Below, in pieces: positions 9,212 through 16,866 of a stretch of DNA of 62,847 nt (position 1 is the stretch's first letter; each line of letters starts with the position of its first letter). Location: the NCBI GenBank assembly GCA_040005035.1, contig JBDTZQ010000001.1:1-62847 (forward strand). Reading direction: 5' to 3'. The translations under genes were made by a program, and so were the position numbers. Under the pieces are notes generated by a model that worked only from the letters and a program-made list of their open reading frames with translations, did not search any database and was not told the DNA's origin. The stretch is from Betaproteobacteria bacterium (GTDB lineage: Bacteria; Pseudomonadota; Gammaproteobacteria; Burkholderiales; Casimicrobiaceae).

Positions 9212-10111
9212 ATGGAAAAAACGAGCAGCAAGCCCGTGCGCGTCGCCCGTAAGCGAAGCGCAACCCGCTTGGCTACGATACCTTCCCCTGCCACTAAACC
9301 GGCGCGGAAGGCAACGAAGCTGTCACCTGAAGCTGAGGAAACGCTGAATGCAATAAGGGCCGGACAAGTAGATGCCCTGGTCATCCGTCGAGACAAAACC
9401 GACCAGCTCTACGCGCTGAGGAGTTTCGTCGAAATCGAGCGTACGCAGGAAAAGCTCAAGACGGTGGGTGCGGCACGCCGCCGGTCACAAGCCCAACTCA
9501 AGGCGCTGGCTGAAGAACGCGAGCGCTTGATGCAGGACATGCACGACGGATGTATTCAGTCGATTTACGGTGCGCGCCTTCACCTTGAAGCATGCATGCG
9601 ACTGATGGAGACTGATCCGAAAAAAGCCTCCATCATGGTCGCGGAGGCGACCGTTGCCCTGAATCTCGTCATCCAGGAGATGCGCTCCTTTATCAACGGT
9701 CACACGCTCGCGGTGCCAACAGGAGACGACTTACGCCTCCAAGTCACAAGAGCCGCAGACGCAGCGGCGCACCACGGGCTGAGCTTCTCGATTGAAATCG
9801 CTCCCGAAGCTACGCGACAGCTGTCGTCAGAGCAGTCCTACCAGATGTTGCAAATCACGCGTGAAGCCATCAGTAACGCGGTACGGCACGCCAACGCACG
9901 GTCGGGTATCGTCTCCCTACGTAAGCTTCGTGGTGGGGTACAGCTTGAAGTCCGCGACGACGGCAGTGGCTTCATCGCGGGTGGGGCTAACAAGCTCGGG
10001 TTAGGCTTGCGTCACATTGCAGCGCGCGCGCGGAAGCTCGGCGGAGTCGCGAAAATTACCTCCGCACCAAACCGGGGGACGCGGATCGTGGTAACCGTTG
10101 GCAAGGCGTGA
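9212..10111 (+). CDS. cytoplasmic sensor histidine kinase, HisKA_3 (NarX/DesK-like) type
   Basis: The H-box is MQDMHDGCIQSIYGA. The HATPase_c motifs are REAISNAVRHANA, VRDDGSGF and LGLGLRHI. There are no TM helices. The basic N-terminus is followed by a coiled coil. The gene starts 5 nt after the kaiB stop. Confidence 0.85.
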   Translation: MEKTSSKPVRVARKRSATRLATIPSPATKPARKATKLSPEAEETLNAIRAGQVDALVIRRDKTDQLYALRSFVEIERTQEKLKTVGAARRRSQAQLKALAEERERLMQDMHDGCIQSIYGARLHLEACMRLMETDPKKASIMVAEATVALNLVIQEMRSFINGHTLAVPTGDDLRLQVTRAADAAAHHGLSFSIEIAPEATRQLSSEQSYQMLQITREAISNAVRHANARSGIVSLRKLRGGVQLEVRDDGSGFIAGGANKLGLGLRHIAARARKLGGVAKITSAPNRGTRIVVTVGKA

Positions 10112-10118
10112 CGGCGGC

Positions 10119-10781
10119 GTGATTACTAAAGCGAAGATCAGCCTGATGCTCGTGGACGACCACGAGGTCGTTCGCGTGGGCCTGCGCACCTTATTTATGC
10201 AAACGAACGAAGTGCATGTGGTGGCCGAAGCCAGCAGCGTCGCCGAGGCGATCGCGCAAGCAGCCAAGCATCATCCCGATGTGATTTTGATGGATTTGCG
10301 TCTTTCCGATGGAACGGGGGTCGACGCCTGCCGCGAGATCCTTTCCGCAAACCCCAAGACCCGCGTGCTGTTCCTGACTTCGTACTCGGACGAGGACGCA
10401 GTCATGTCCACGATCCTCGCCGGCGCCGCCGGATATTTGCTGAAGGAAGTGGGCTCCCAGGTTTTGCTGGACGCAATCGGCTTGGTGCATGCCGGCCAGG
10501 CAATTCTGGATCCCAAGGTGACCCATGCCGTGCTGGGGCGGGTGTCGATGCTTCAGGGACAGCCGGCGACCACTACAACGCGGAGCAAGGACCAGTTGTC
10601 GCCACAAGAACGACGCATCCTGGCGCTGGTCGTCGAAGGCCGTACAAACAAAGAAATCGCGAAGGCCCTTCATCTGAGCGACAAGACGGTGAAGAACTAT
10701 CTGAGCAATGCGTTTCAGAAAATGAATGTGGGACGGCGATCACACGCGGCGGCGGTGTTCCAGCAGGGCATTGGAAGGTAA
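10119..10781 (+). CDS. NarL/FixJ-family response regulator (receiver plus LuxR-type HTH)
   Basis: The receiver contains LMLVDDH, VILMDLRL and VLFLTSY. The C-terminal LuxR HTH is LSPQERRILALVVEGRTNKEIAKALHLSDKTVKNYLSNAFQKM. The start is ambiguous (TTG 10098, GTG 10119 or ATG 10146). It overlaps or abuts the kinase stop at 10111. Confidence 0.85.
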   Translation: MITKAKISLMLVDDHEVVRVGLRTLFMQTNEVHVVAEASSVAEAIAQAAKHHPDVILMDLRLSDGTGVDACREILSANPKTRVLFLTSYSDEDAVMSTILAGAAGYLLKEVGSQVLLDAIGLVHAGQAILDPKVTHAVLGRVSMLQGQPATTTTRSKDQLSPQERRILALVVEGRTNKEIAKALHLSDKTVKNYLSNAFQKMNVGRRSHAAAVFQQGIGR

Positions 10782-11022
10782 CCCATAGTGGCGCTTCGCG
10801 CCGCGCCCTTGTTGCGTCCAACCGGAAAAGGCCGGTGCAACCAGCTTTGCGTTGCCGATTGCGAAATGCGGAACTGACGCGCTCGTTGGCGAAGCCAATG
10901 TCGAGGTAGCCCATTCTTCGGCAGCGGCTTGCACTTCGGCGGTTGGTGCGGCGCGGATGTTCATCCACCGATCGCTAACGACGGGTTAGGCGTCAGATGC
11001 ATACAAGCAAGCTTCCGCAGTT

Positions 11023-11160
11023 TCATGTGGGAGCTTGACCATTTTTTTCAAAGCGCAATCCCAGCTTGCCGAGAAGCTTCGTCGATGCGGCATTCTCCGG
11101 CGATGTTATGGCAACTATCCGCTTCAGCCCCCAGACGCTCCGGCCATACGCCATCACTAC
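11023..11160 (-). pseudogene. GNAT acetyltransferase, 3' fragment only
   Basis: ...AVVMAYGRSVWGLKRIVAITSPENAASTKLLGKLGLRFEK matches only the C-terminal roughly 45 aa of RimJ/GNAT-type enzymes. The upstream part of the ORF is unrelated sequence. Confidence 0.45.
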
Positions 11161-11334
11161 TGCGCCAAGAATTGTAGGTTGATTCCATGGGCGATCTTGA
11201 GCACTACGCAGTTTGGAGAGATAAGAAAGTACAAACCAACAAAGGGATGCAGCCGGGCGCAGAACGGGGCATAGATCGGGGCACGGGCGAGATTGAATGC
11301 TCAATCTTCGCCTGTAGCCCAGAGAAACAGCCTA

Positions 11335-11358
11335 GTTCGATTCCCCCTCCCGGCACCA
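11335..11358 (+). other. tRNA 3'-end fragment (T-loop, 3' T-stem, 3' acceptor, CCA); candidate att-site or integration scar
   Basis: gTTCGATTcccccTCCCGGCaCCA equals a T-loop, 5-nt T-stem, 7-nt acceptor, discriminator A and CCA, tRNA-Leu-like. The 5' T-stem partner (ggggg) and the rest of the cloverleaf are absent upstream. Confidence 0.45.
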
Positions 11359-11463
11359 ATTGTCCATCGGACTCGTGAGACAAGTCGAACATCGACTTCA
11401 CGAACTAGATCGTAGGTTCATGCTGCCCCAGCGCCTCAGCCAGGCGCCGCGCAGTATCCTGTC

Positions 11464-12843
11464 GTGATGGACTCGCTGATCGCCGCTGCCGCGCGCGCGC
11501 TCGTCGTCGGCGACGCGCTCGGCGCCCTCAAGCGCGTCAGCCTGCGCGACGACCCGCCGGCGCTCGCTCTGCGCGGCATCGCCATGGCCCAGCTCGGCGA
11601 GCACCCCCGCGCTCGCGAGCTCCTTCGGCGCGCCGCACGCGGCTTCGGCGCCCACGAAGAGCTGGCGCGCGCCCGCTGTGTCGTCGCAGAGGCCGAGGTG
11701 GCACTCGCCATGCGCGACCTCCGTGGCTCGCCGCGCACGCTGGCGGCTGCGGCAGCCACGCTCGAAGCGCGCGCCGATCGCGCCAACGCGCTGCAGGCAC
11801 GTCTGATCGCGGTGCGCCGGTTGCTCCTGCTCGGCCGCATCGACGAAGCCGCATCCGCTCTGGCGTCAGTCGGCGCTGGGCCGCTCCCGAGCCGACTGAC
11901 AGCCCCCTCTGGGGGCAGCGAACGCAGTCAGGGTGGGGGCAATTTTCTTGATGCGCGCGGCCTCCCGCCGTCGCTGATGGCGGTGGCCGAGTTGGTCGTG
12001 GCCGAGTTGGCGCTTCGCTCGCTACGCACTGAACCGGCGCGGGCAGCGCTTGCCCGCGCCTTTGATGCCGCAGAGTGCGCGCGCGTGCCTGCGCTCGTAG
12101 CCGAGGTGGCCGAGGCGCGCGCCGCGCTCGATCGCCCCGCCGCCCGGCGCGTCAACGCCGGCCACGATCAGCCGCTGCGACTCGACGAGGTCGAAGCGCT
12201 TCTCGCCTCGGGCGCGCTGGTGGTCGACGCCTGCCGTCGCGGCTTGCGCGTCGGCGCCATCTGGCGGCCGCTGGCGCGCAGGCCGGTGTTGTTCGCGCTG
12301 GCGCGCGCGCTCGCCGAGGCGTGGCCCGGTGACGTCGATCGCAATGCGCTGATCGCGCGCGCGTTTGGCGCCCGCCGCGCCAACGAGTCGCATCGAGCGC
12401 GCCTGCGCGTCGAGATCGGACGTTTGCGCGCGCTTGTCGCGCCGTTGGCGCGCATCGAGGCCAGCGAACGCGGCTTCGTGCTGATCGCACTGCCCTCCGG
12501 TCGCCGCGTGACCACCTCCCCGGAGCAAGCGCCGCCTCCGCACCGCCGCGCGGCCGCGCTCGAGCCGCAGGGCGAGCGCACCGTCGTGGTCCTGCTGCCG
12601 CCCATCGATGGCGATCAGGCGTCGCTGCTGGCGCTGCTCGCCGACGGCGCGGCCTGGTCCACCTCGGCTCTCGCGCTGGCCCTCGGCGCCAGCCAGCGCA
12701 CGATCCAGCGCGCGCTCGTCGAGCTGGAGCTCGCGGGACGGGTGCGTTCGATAGGACGCGCTCGCGCGCGACGCTGGCTTTCGCCGCCGCTGGCCGGATT
12801 CACGACGAACTTGTTACTCCCTGTCGCGCTACCGCTCGGGTAG
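11464..12843 (+). CDS. hypothetical regulator: helical repeat N-terminal region plus C-terminal winged-helix HTH
   Basis: This is a 459-aa Ala/Arg/Leu-rich ORF. Its C-terminus WSTSALALALGASQRTIQRALVELELAGRVRSIGRARARRW is HTH-like. An ATG alternative start lies at 11467. Confidence 0.55.
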   Translation: MMDSLIAAAARALVVGDALGALKRVSLRDDPPALALRGIAMAQLGEHPRARELLRRAARGFGAHEELARARCVVAEAEVALAMRDLRGSPRTLAAAAATLEARADRANALQARLIAVRRLLLLGRIDEAASALASVGAGPLPSRLTAPSGGSERSQGGGNFLDARGLPPSLMAVAELVVAELALRSLRTEPARAALARAFDAAECARVPALVAEVAEARAALDRPAARRVNAGHDQPLRLDEVEALLASGALVVDACRRGLRVGAIWRPLARRPVLFALARALAEAWPGDVDRNALIARAFGARRANESHRARLRVEIGRLRALVAPLARIEASERGFVLIALPSGRRVTTSPEQAPPPHRRAAALEPQGERTVVVLLPPIDGDQASLLALLADGAAWSTSALALALGASQRTIQRALVELELAGRVRSIGRARARRWLSPPLAGFTTNLLLPVALPLG

Positions 12844-12890
12844 ATTGACCTTACGGCGCCGTTTCGAAGCGCGTCGTAAGGAGCAATGCA

Positions 12891-13583
12891 ATGAGCAGCA
12901 CCCGAGGCAATGCAGGCAAGACGAAACCGGAAGCAGCGGCGCGCGCGGCCGAGATCGTGCGAGAGTATGGCCCGTTCGCCGGCGCCGAGCGCATCCATGG
13001 CGTCACCCACGACGGCCGCCGCGTCTGGGCCGCCACCGGTCCCAACATCATCGCCTTCGATCCCGGGAGCGGCGAGCTCGCGCGCACGCTCGACCACGCC
13101 GGCGACGCCGGCACGGCCTTCGACGGCACGCACCTCTACCAAATCGCGGAAACGCGCATCGACAAGATCGATCCCGTCAGCGGCGATGTCGTCGCGTCGA
13201 TCCCTGCCCCCGGCAGCGGCAGCGATTCGGGCCTCGCCTGGGCCGAGGGCAGCCTGTGGGTGGGGCAGTACCGCGATCGCAGGATCCACCAGATCGATCC
13301 CGAGACGGGCGCCGTTCTGCGCACCATCGAGTCCAACCGCTTCGTCACCGGCGTGACCTGGGTCGACGGCGAACTGTGGCACGGCACCTGGGAAGGCGAC
13401 GAGAGCGATATCAGACGAATCGATCCGGAGAACGGCGCGGTGCTCGAGCGGCTGGAGATGCCGCGCGGCACCGGCGTAAGCGGGCTCGAGTCCGACGGGG
13501 CCGATCTTTTTTATTGCGGCGGCGGGGCGAGTGGAAAAGTCCGCGCTGTGCGACGTCCAACCAACACAGAGAGAAAACGATGA
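12891..13583 (+). CDS. beta-propeller protein, glutamine cyclotransferase-like
   Basis: TAAGGAG lies 7 nt upstream of the ATG. Repeated blades are visible: VTHDGRRVWAAT, AFDGTHLYQI, LAWAEGSLWVGQ, VTWVDGELWHGT, LESDGADLFYCG. Confidence 0.65.
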   Translation: MSSTRGNAGKTKPEAAARAAEIVREYGPFAGAERIHGVTHDGRRVWAATGPNIIAFDPGSGELARTLDHAGDAGTAFDGTHLYQIAETRIDKIDPVSGDVVASIPAPGSGSDSGLAWAEGSLWVGQYRDRRIHQIDPETGAVLRTIESNRFVTGVTWVDGELWHGTWEGDESDIRRIDPENGAVLERLEMPRGTGVSGLESDGADLFYCGGGASGKVRAVRRPTNTERKR

Positions 13584-14365
13584 ACGACCACGCGACTGGA
13601 ACACGTGAAGAGTGGCTTGCGGCCCGGCTCGAGCTGCTCGCCGCCGAGAAGGAGCTGACGCGACGCAGCGACGAGCTGGCGCGGCGGCGGCAGGAGCTGC
13701 CGTGGGTTCGAATCGACAAGGAGTATCGATTCGGGACCGGCGAGGGAAGCGCCTCGCTCACGGACCTCTTCCGAGGGCGCTCGCAGCTGCTCGTCTACCA
13801 CTACATGTTCGGGCCCGACTACACCGCAGGGTGCGCGACCTGCTCGACGATCGCGGACGGGTTCGACGGCTTCGTCGTCCACCTGGCGCACCACGACGTC
13901 ACGCTTTCGGCGGTGTCGCGGGCGCCACTCGCGAAGCTGCAGGCCTACAAGCGGCGGATGGGCTGGACGTTTCCCTGGGCGTCCTCGCTGGGCAGCGACT
14001 TCAACGCCGACTTCAACATCGCGTTCACCGAGGAGCAGCAGCGCGAGGGAGGCATCGACTACAACTACCGGCGCGAGGCGGCGTGGACGCTGCTCGGGAT
14101 CGACGCCTCATTGACGAAAAGCGGCGACGGGCCCGTCGCCGACAATGCGGCCATGACCGGAACCGACGTGGCAACGTACACGCGCGAGCGGCCGGGTATG
14201 AGCGCGTTCGTGCTCGCGGACGGCGTCGTCTACCACGCCTATTCCGCCTATGCGCGCGGACTCGACGGCCTCTGGGGCATGTATCAGTGGCTCGACCGCG
14301 CCCCCAGGGGCCGCAACGAGACTGGCATGTGGTGGCGCCGCCATGACGAGTACGACAGGCGCTGA
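13580..14365 (+). CDS. DUF899-family thioredoxin-like protein
   Basis: The N-terminus MNDHATGTREEWLAARLELLAAEKELTRRSDELARRRQELPWV...LLVYHYMFGPDYTAGCATCS is characteristic of DUF899. An ATGA overlap joins it to the preceding gene. Only the 3' part of track ORF 12845..14365 is real. Confidence 0.8.
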   Translation: MNDHATGTREEWLAARLELLAAEKELTRRSDELARRRQELPWVRIDKEYRFGTGEGSASLTDLFRGRSQLLVYHYMFGPDYTAGCATCSTIADGFDGFVVHLAHHDVTLSAVSRAPLAKLQAYKRRMGWTFPWASSLGSDFNADFNIAFTEEQQREGGIDYNYRREAAWTLLGIDASLTKSGDGPVADNAAMTGTDVATYTRERPGMSAFVLADGVVYHAYSAYARGLDGLWGMYQWLDRAPRGRNETGMWWRRHDEYDRR

Positions 14366-14417
14366 GCGAAGCCGCGGTTGTCGTGTCGCAATTGCGCAAC
14401 AGGAGATTGCACGACGC

Positions 14418-15209
14418 ATGGGTTCCGAGCGAGTGTCCCAACACGCCTTCTTCGGCATTTCAGCGCTGCTCTTCGTTGCCAGCGCGGCGATAACGATCGG
14501 CTGGTGCGCGTCCATGTCGGCGATGAGCGGGATGGCGATGCCCGGCGGCTGGACGATGTCGATGGCATGGATGCGGATGCCCGGCCAGACATGGCCCGGC
14601 GCCGCGGCGTCGTTCCTCGGCATGTGGATCGTCATGATGGTGGCGATGATGCTGCCGTCTTTGGTCCCGATGCTGCGCCGCTACCGCCAGGCCGTTGGCA
14701 GACGAGGTCGGACGCGCCTCGGTCGGCTGACCGCGCGGGTGGGCGCGGGTTACTTCTTGGTGTGGACAATATTCGGAATGGTCGCTTTTCCGCTGGGCGT
14801 CGCGCTGGCGGCGGTTGAGATGCAGCAGCCGGCGCTGGCGCGCGCTGTTCCGATCGCGGTCGGTGTGGTCGTCCTGATCGCCGGCGCGCTGCAGTTCAGC
14901 GCGTGGAAGGCGCGTCACCTCGCCTGCTGCAGGGAGGCCCCAGGCAGCGGCCGTGCGCTGCCGGCCGACGCCGGCACGGCATGGCGACACGGCCTGCGCC
15001 TCGGCCTCCACTGCAGCTACTGCTGCTCCGGTCTGATGGTGATCCTCCTGGTCGTCGGGGTCATGGACCTTCGCGCGATGGCTGTCGTGGCGGCGGCCAT
15101 CACCGTCGAACGTCTCGCCCCGGCCGGTGAGCGCGTTGCGCGAGCCACCGGCGCCGTCGTCATCGGGGCGGGGTTGCTTCTGATCGCCCAAGCAGCCGGG
15201 CTCGAATGA
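14418..15209 (+). CDS. DUF2182-family integral membrane protein (predicted metal-binding)
   Basis: An internal ATG follows AGGAGA. The product is Met-rich and multi-TM (MSAMSGMAMPGGWTMSMAWMRMPGQTW...MWIVMMVAMMLPS), typical of DUF2182. Confidence 0.75.
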   Translation: MGSERVSQHAFFGISALLFVASAAITIGWCASMSAMSGMAMPGGWTMSMAWMRMPGQTWPGAAASFLGMWIVMMVAMMLPSLVPMLRRYRQAVGRRGRTRLGRLTARVGAGYFLVWTIFGMVAFPLGVALAAVEMQQPALARAVPIAVGVVVLIAGALQFSAWKARHLACCREAPGSGRALPADAGTAWRHGLRLGLHCSYCCSGLMVILLVVGVMDLRAMAVVAAAITVERLAPAGERVARATGAVVIGAGLLLIAQAAGLE

Positions 15210-15264
15210 CGTATCCGCGTCGTGCCGCGTCGTGTGCCTGAAACGTCCCAGGCAACATTCGAGA

Positions 15265-15290
15265 GGCCGCGAGTTTCGCGGCCTTTTTTT
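15265..15290 (+). terminator. rho-independent terminator after the DUF2182 gene
   Basis: A perfect 8-bp stem ggccgcga/tcgcggcc has a 3-nt loop and is followed by T7. Confidence 0.75.
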
Positions 15291-15340
15291 GGATAGGTCG
15301 GCAGGCCACGCCGGACGCGAAGGCGTCCCGGGATGGTCCC

Positions 15341-15369
15341 TTGACATCCTCCACATTGTTCGATAGTAT
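15341..15369 (+). promoter_or_regulatory. sigma70-type promoter of the ars operon (TTGACA-17-TAGTAT)
   Basis: TTGACA lies at 15341-15346, followed by a 17-nt spacer and TAGTAT at 15364-15369. The arsR ATG at 15377 is 8 nt after the -10, which implies a leaderless or near-leaderless mRNA. Confidence 0.6.
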
Positions 15370-15376
15370 TGGAATT

Positions 15377-15775
15377 ATGGAATCGACCAGCAGAAAGTTT
15401 CAAGTCGACCACAGGGAGTCGGCCCGGATGGTCGTTGCGCTGGCCGCGCTGGCGCAGGAAACGCGTCTCGCCATCTTCCGCCTGCTGGTCGAGCACGCGC
15501 CTGATGGGCTCACTCCGGGCGGGATTGCGCTCAAGCTGAAACTGGCGCCAGCGACCTTGTCGTTCCACCTCAAGGAGCTTGTGAACGCGGGCCTGCTCGA
15601 TGTTTCGCGCGAGGGACGATTCATCTGGTATCGGCCTGACCTGTCAGCGATGACCGGCCTGGTCGGCTACCTTACGGAAAACTGCTGCCGCGCGAGTGGT
15701 CGCAGCGCCTGCGGTCCGGTGTGCGCTCCGGCCGCCCGCGCAACCTCCAATCAGCGCAAGAGGACAAAGGCATGA
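15377..15775 (+). CDS. arsR: ArsR/SmtB-family metalloregulator
   Basis: LAQETRLAIFRLLVEHAPDGLTPGGIALKLKLAPATLSFHLKELVNAGLLDVSREGRFIWYR is a winged-helix ArsR fold. The C-terminal region is Cys-rich. The track start at 15341 lies inside the promoter. Confidence 0.8.
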   Translation: MESTSRKFQVDHRESARMVVALAALAQETRLAIFRLLVEHAPDGLTPGGIALKLKLAPATLSFHLKELVNAGLLDVSREGRFIWYRPDLSAMTGLVGYLTENCCRASGRSACGPVCAPAARATSNQRKRTKA

Positions 15776-16260
15776 AGCGCTTCCATGTGCATCTTGGCGT
15801 TCCCGACCTGCCGGAAAGCATCCGCTTTTACTCGAAACTTTTCGGGATGCCGCCGGCGGTGGAAAAACCGGACTACGCGAAGTGGATGCTCGACGACCCG
15901 CGGGTCAATTTCGCCATTTCAAAGCGTGGCGCGAAGACGGGCCTCAATCATCTGGGGTTGCAAGTCGAGTCGGATGACGAGTTGGCGGGCGTCCGTGAGC
16001 AATTCGAGCAGGCAGATGCGTCGAGTGTGAGCGACGAAGCGAATATCCAATGCTGCTACGCGCGAGGCAACAAGCATTGGGTGCGCGATCCGCAGGGCAT
16101 CCCCTGGGAGGCGTTCCATACCCTCGACAGCATCCCGTTGTTCGGGGGCGTGGAGGAGCCCGCAGCGGCTGCGGCATGCGGGACTGGCGCGAGTGCGTGC
16201 TGCACGCCTGCCGCCGAGCAGCGACCCGTCACCGCCACTGGCGCCAAGTGTTGCGCCTAG
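15772..16260 (+). CDS. arsI: ArsI-like glyoxalase/dioxygenase-fold protein (C-As lyase / CadI family)
   Basis: [19 protein letters not shown]...[13 protein letters not shown]....[11 protein letters not shown] resembles ArsI as recalled from memory. A vicinal Cys pair (NIQCCYA) and a Cys-rich tail are present. An ATGA overlap joins it to arsR. Confidence 0.7.
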   Translation: MKRFHVHLGVPDLPESIRFYSKLFGMPPAVEKPDYAKWMLDDPRVNFAISKRGAKTGLNHLGLQVESDDELAGVREQFEQADASSVSDEANIQCCYARGNKHWVRDPQGIPWEAFHTLDSIPLFGGVEEPAAAAACGTGASACCTPAAEQRPVTATGAKCCA

Positions 16261-16267
16261 CTATCGC

Positions 16268-16435
16268 GTGAGCGACCGTGAATACAACGTGCTGTTTCTC
16301 TGCACCGGGAATTCGGCCCGCAGCATCATCGCGGAAGCACTGCTTAGTCACCTTGGCGGAGGTCGCATGCTTGGGCGTAGCGATGGTGTCGATCCGGCTG
16401 TTATTCGAGTCAGGCCAACAAAAAGCCCGCAGTGA
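16268..16435 (+). pseudogene. arsC: LMW-PTP-type arsenate reductase arsC, truncated after about 30 codons
   Basis: The N-terminus [28 protein letters not shown] is the ArsC/LMW-phosphatase P-loop. After that the sequence becomes unrelated and stops, inside a terminator that serves the opposite strand. Confidence 0.6.
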
Positions 16436-16444
16436 CGCGGGCTT
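16418..16444 (-). terminator. rho-independent terminator for the minus-strand gene 16469..16714
   Basis: The stem aagcccgc/gcgggctt has a 6-nt loop. On the minus strand it is followed by TTTTTGT. Confidence 0.6.
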
Positions 16445-16468
16445 GGACTCCGAACGAGAAGCGGAAGA

Positions 16469-16714
16469 CTACTGAGCGGCCACTGTCTTCAACTGCAGGG
16501 CTACCGCGTCGGGCTTTGCGCTCGGCTTGCTGGCCACCTTCGCCGTCGTCCTGGCGGTGTTCTTGGGCGCAACCGCCACTGCGGCTGTGGCCGGCGATCC
16601 CTTGCTCATCATCGGCGCGTCGGCCGATGCGTCCTGTTGAATCATGTCGCAGGCGAGCGCGCTGCCGCCGAGGCACAGGCCCGCCATCGTCAATCCAATC
16701 CAAAGCTTGTTCAT
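16469..16714 (-). CDS. small secreted hypothetical protein
   Basis: An internal ATG is preceded by GGAGG. The signal peptide is MNKLWIGLTMAGLCLGGSALA, followed by an Ala/Lys/Pro-rich mature part. Confidence 0.5.
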   Translation of the reverse strand: MNKLWIGLTMAGLCLGGSALACDMIQQDASADAPMMSKGSPATAAVAVAPKNTARTTAKVASKPSAKPDAVALQLKTVAAQ

Positions 16715-16811
16715 GCGGCCTCCGTGGGTGATGGGCGCGAAACCAGTTTGTGCCGAGCGACGGACCGTGTCAAGGCCATGTCTTGAGGGCGACAGCGAGA
16801 CATAGGCTGGC

Positions 16812-16839
16812 AAAAAAAAAGCAGGCGCATCGCGCCTGC
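16812..16839 (-). terminator. rho-independent terminator for the minus-strand gene 16867..17220
   Basis: The stem gcaggcgc/gcgcctgc has a 3-nt loop. An A9 run on the plus strand becomes a T9 run after the stem on the minus strand. Confidence 0.7.
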
Positions 16840-16866
16840 CCGGGTGAGAACAAACGGCCAGTTTTG

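Noticed and set aside
11252-11358. Possible full-length tRNA: GCCGGGC at 11252-11258 could pair with TCCCGGC at 11348-11354.
   Set aside because: The span is 107 nt, which is too long. The 5' T-stem partner (GGGGG) is missing; cctag precedes the T-loop. No D-arm GG or anticodon arm can be drawn, because the internal structure is a 10-bp/4-nt hairpin. Position 7-66 would also be a C-U mismatch. Only the 3' 24 nt look tRNA-derived.
11287-11358. tmRNA, or a permuted tmRNA acceptor piece, because of the TTCGATTCC...CCA end.
   Set aside because: The acceptor 3' strand TCCCGGC would need a GCCGGGA 5' strand. The tmRNA/tRNA-Ala G3:U70 identity pair and the GGGGCUG-type 5' end are absent, and no tag-peptide reading frame is nearby.
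11902-11916. A perfect GCCCCC-tct-GGGGGC hairpin, flanked by ctgac/gtcag, inside the HTH-protein CDS. It is possibly an in-frame REP insertion encoding ...APSGGSERSQGGG...
   Set aside because: It is very short and there is no second copy in the window. It is compatible with an ordinary low-complexity loop, and there is not enough evidence for a mobile or regulatory element.
12845-14365. The 506-aa ORF in the track.
   Set aside because: The N-terminal 245 codons are an Arg-rich out-of-frame reading of the beta-propeller gene. The real gene starts at ATG 13580 (DUF899).
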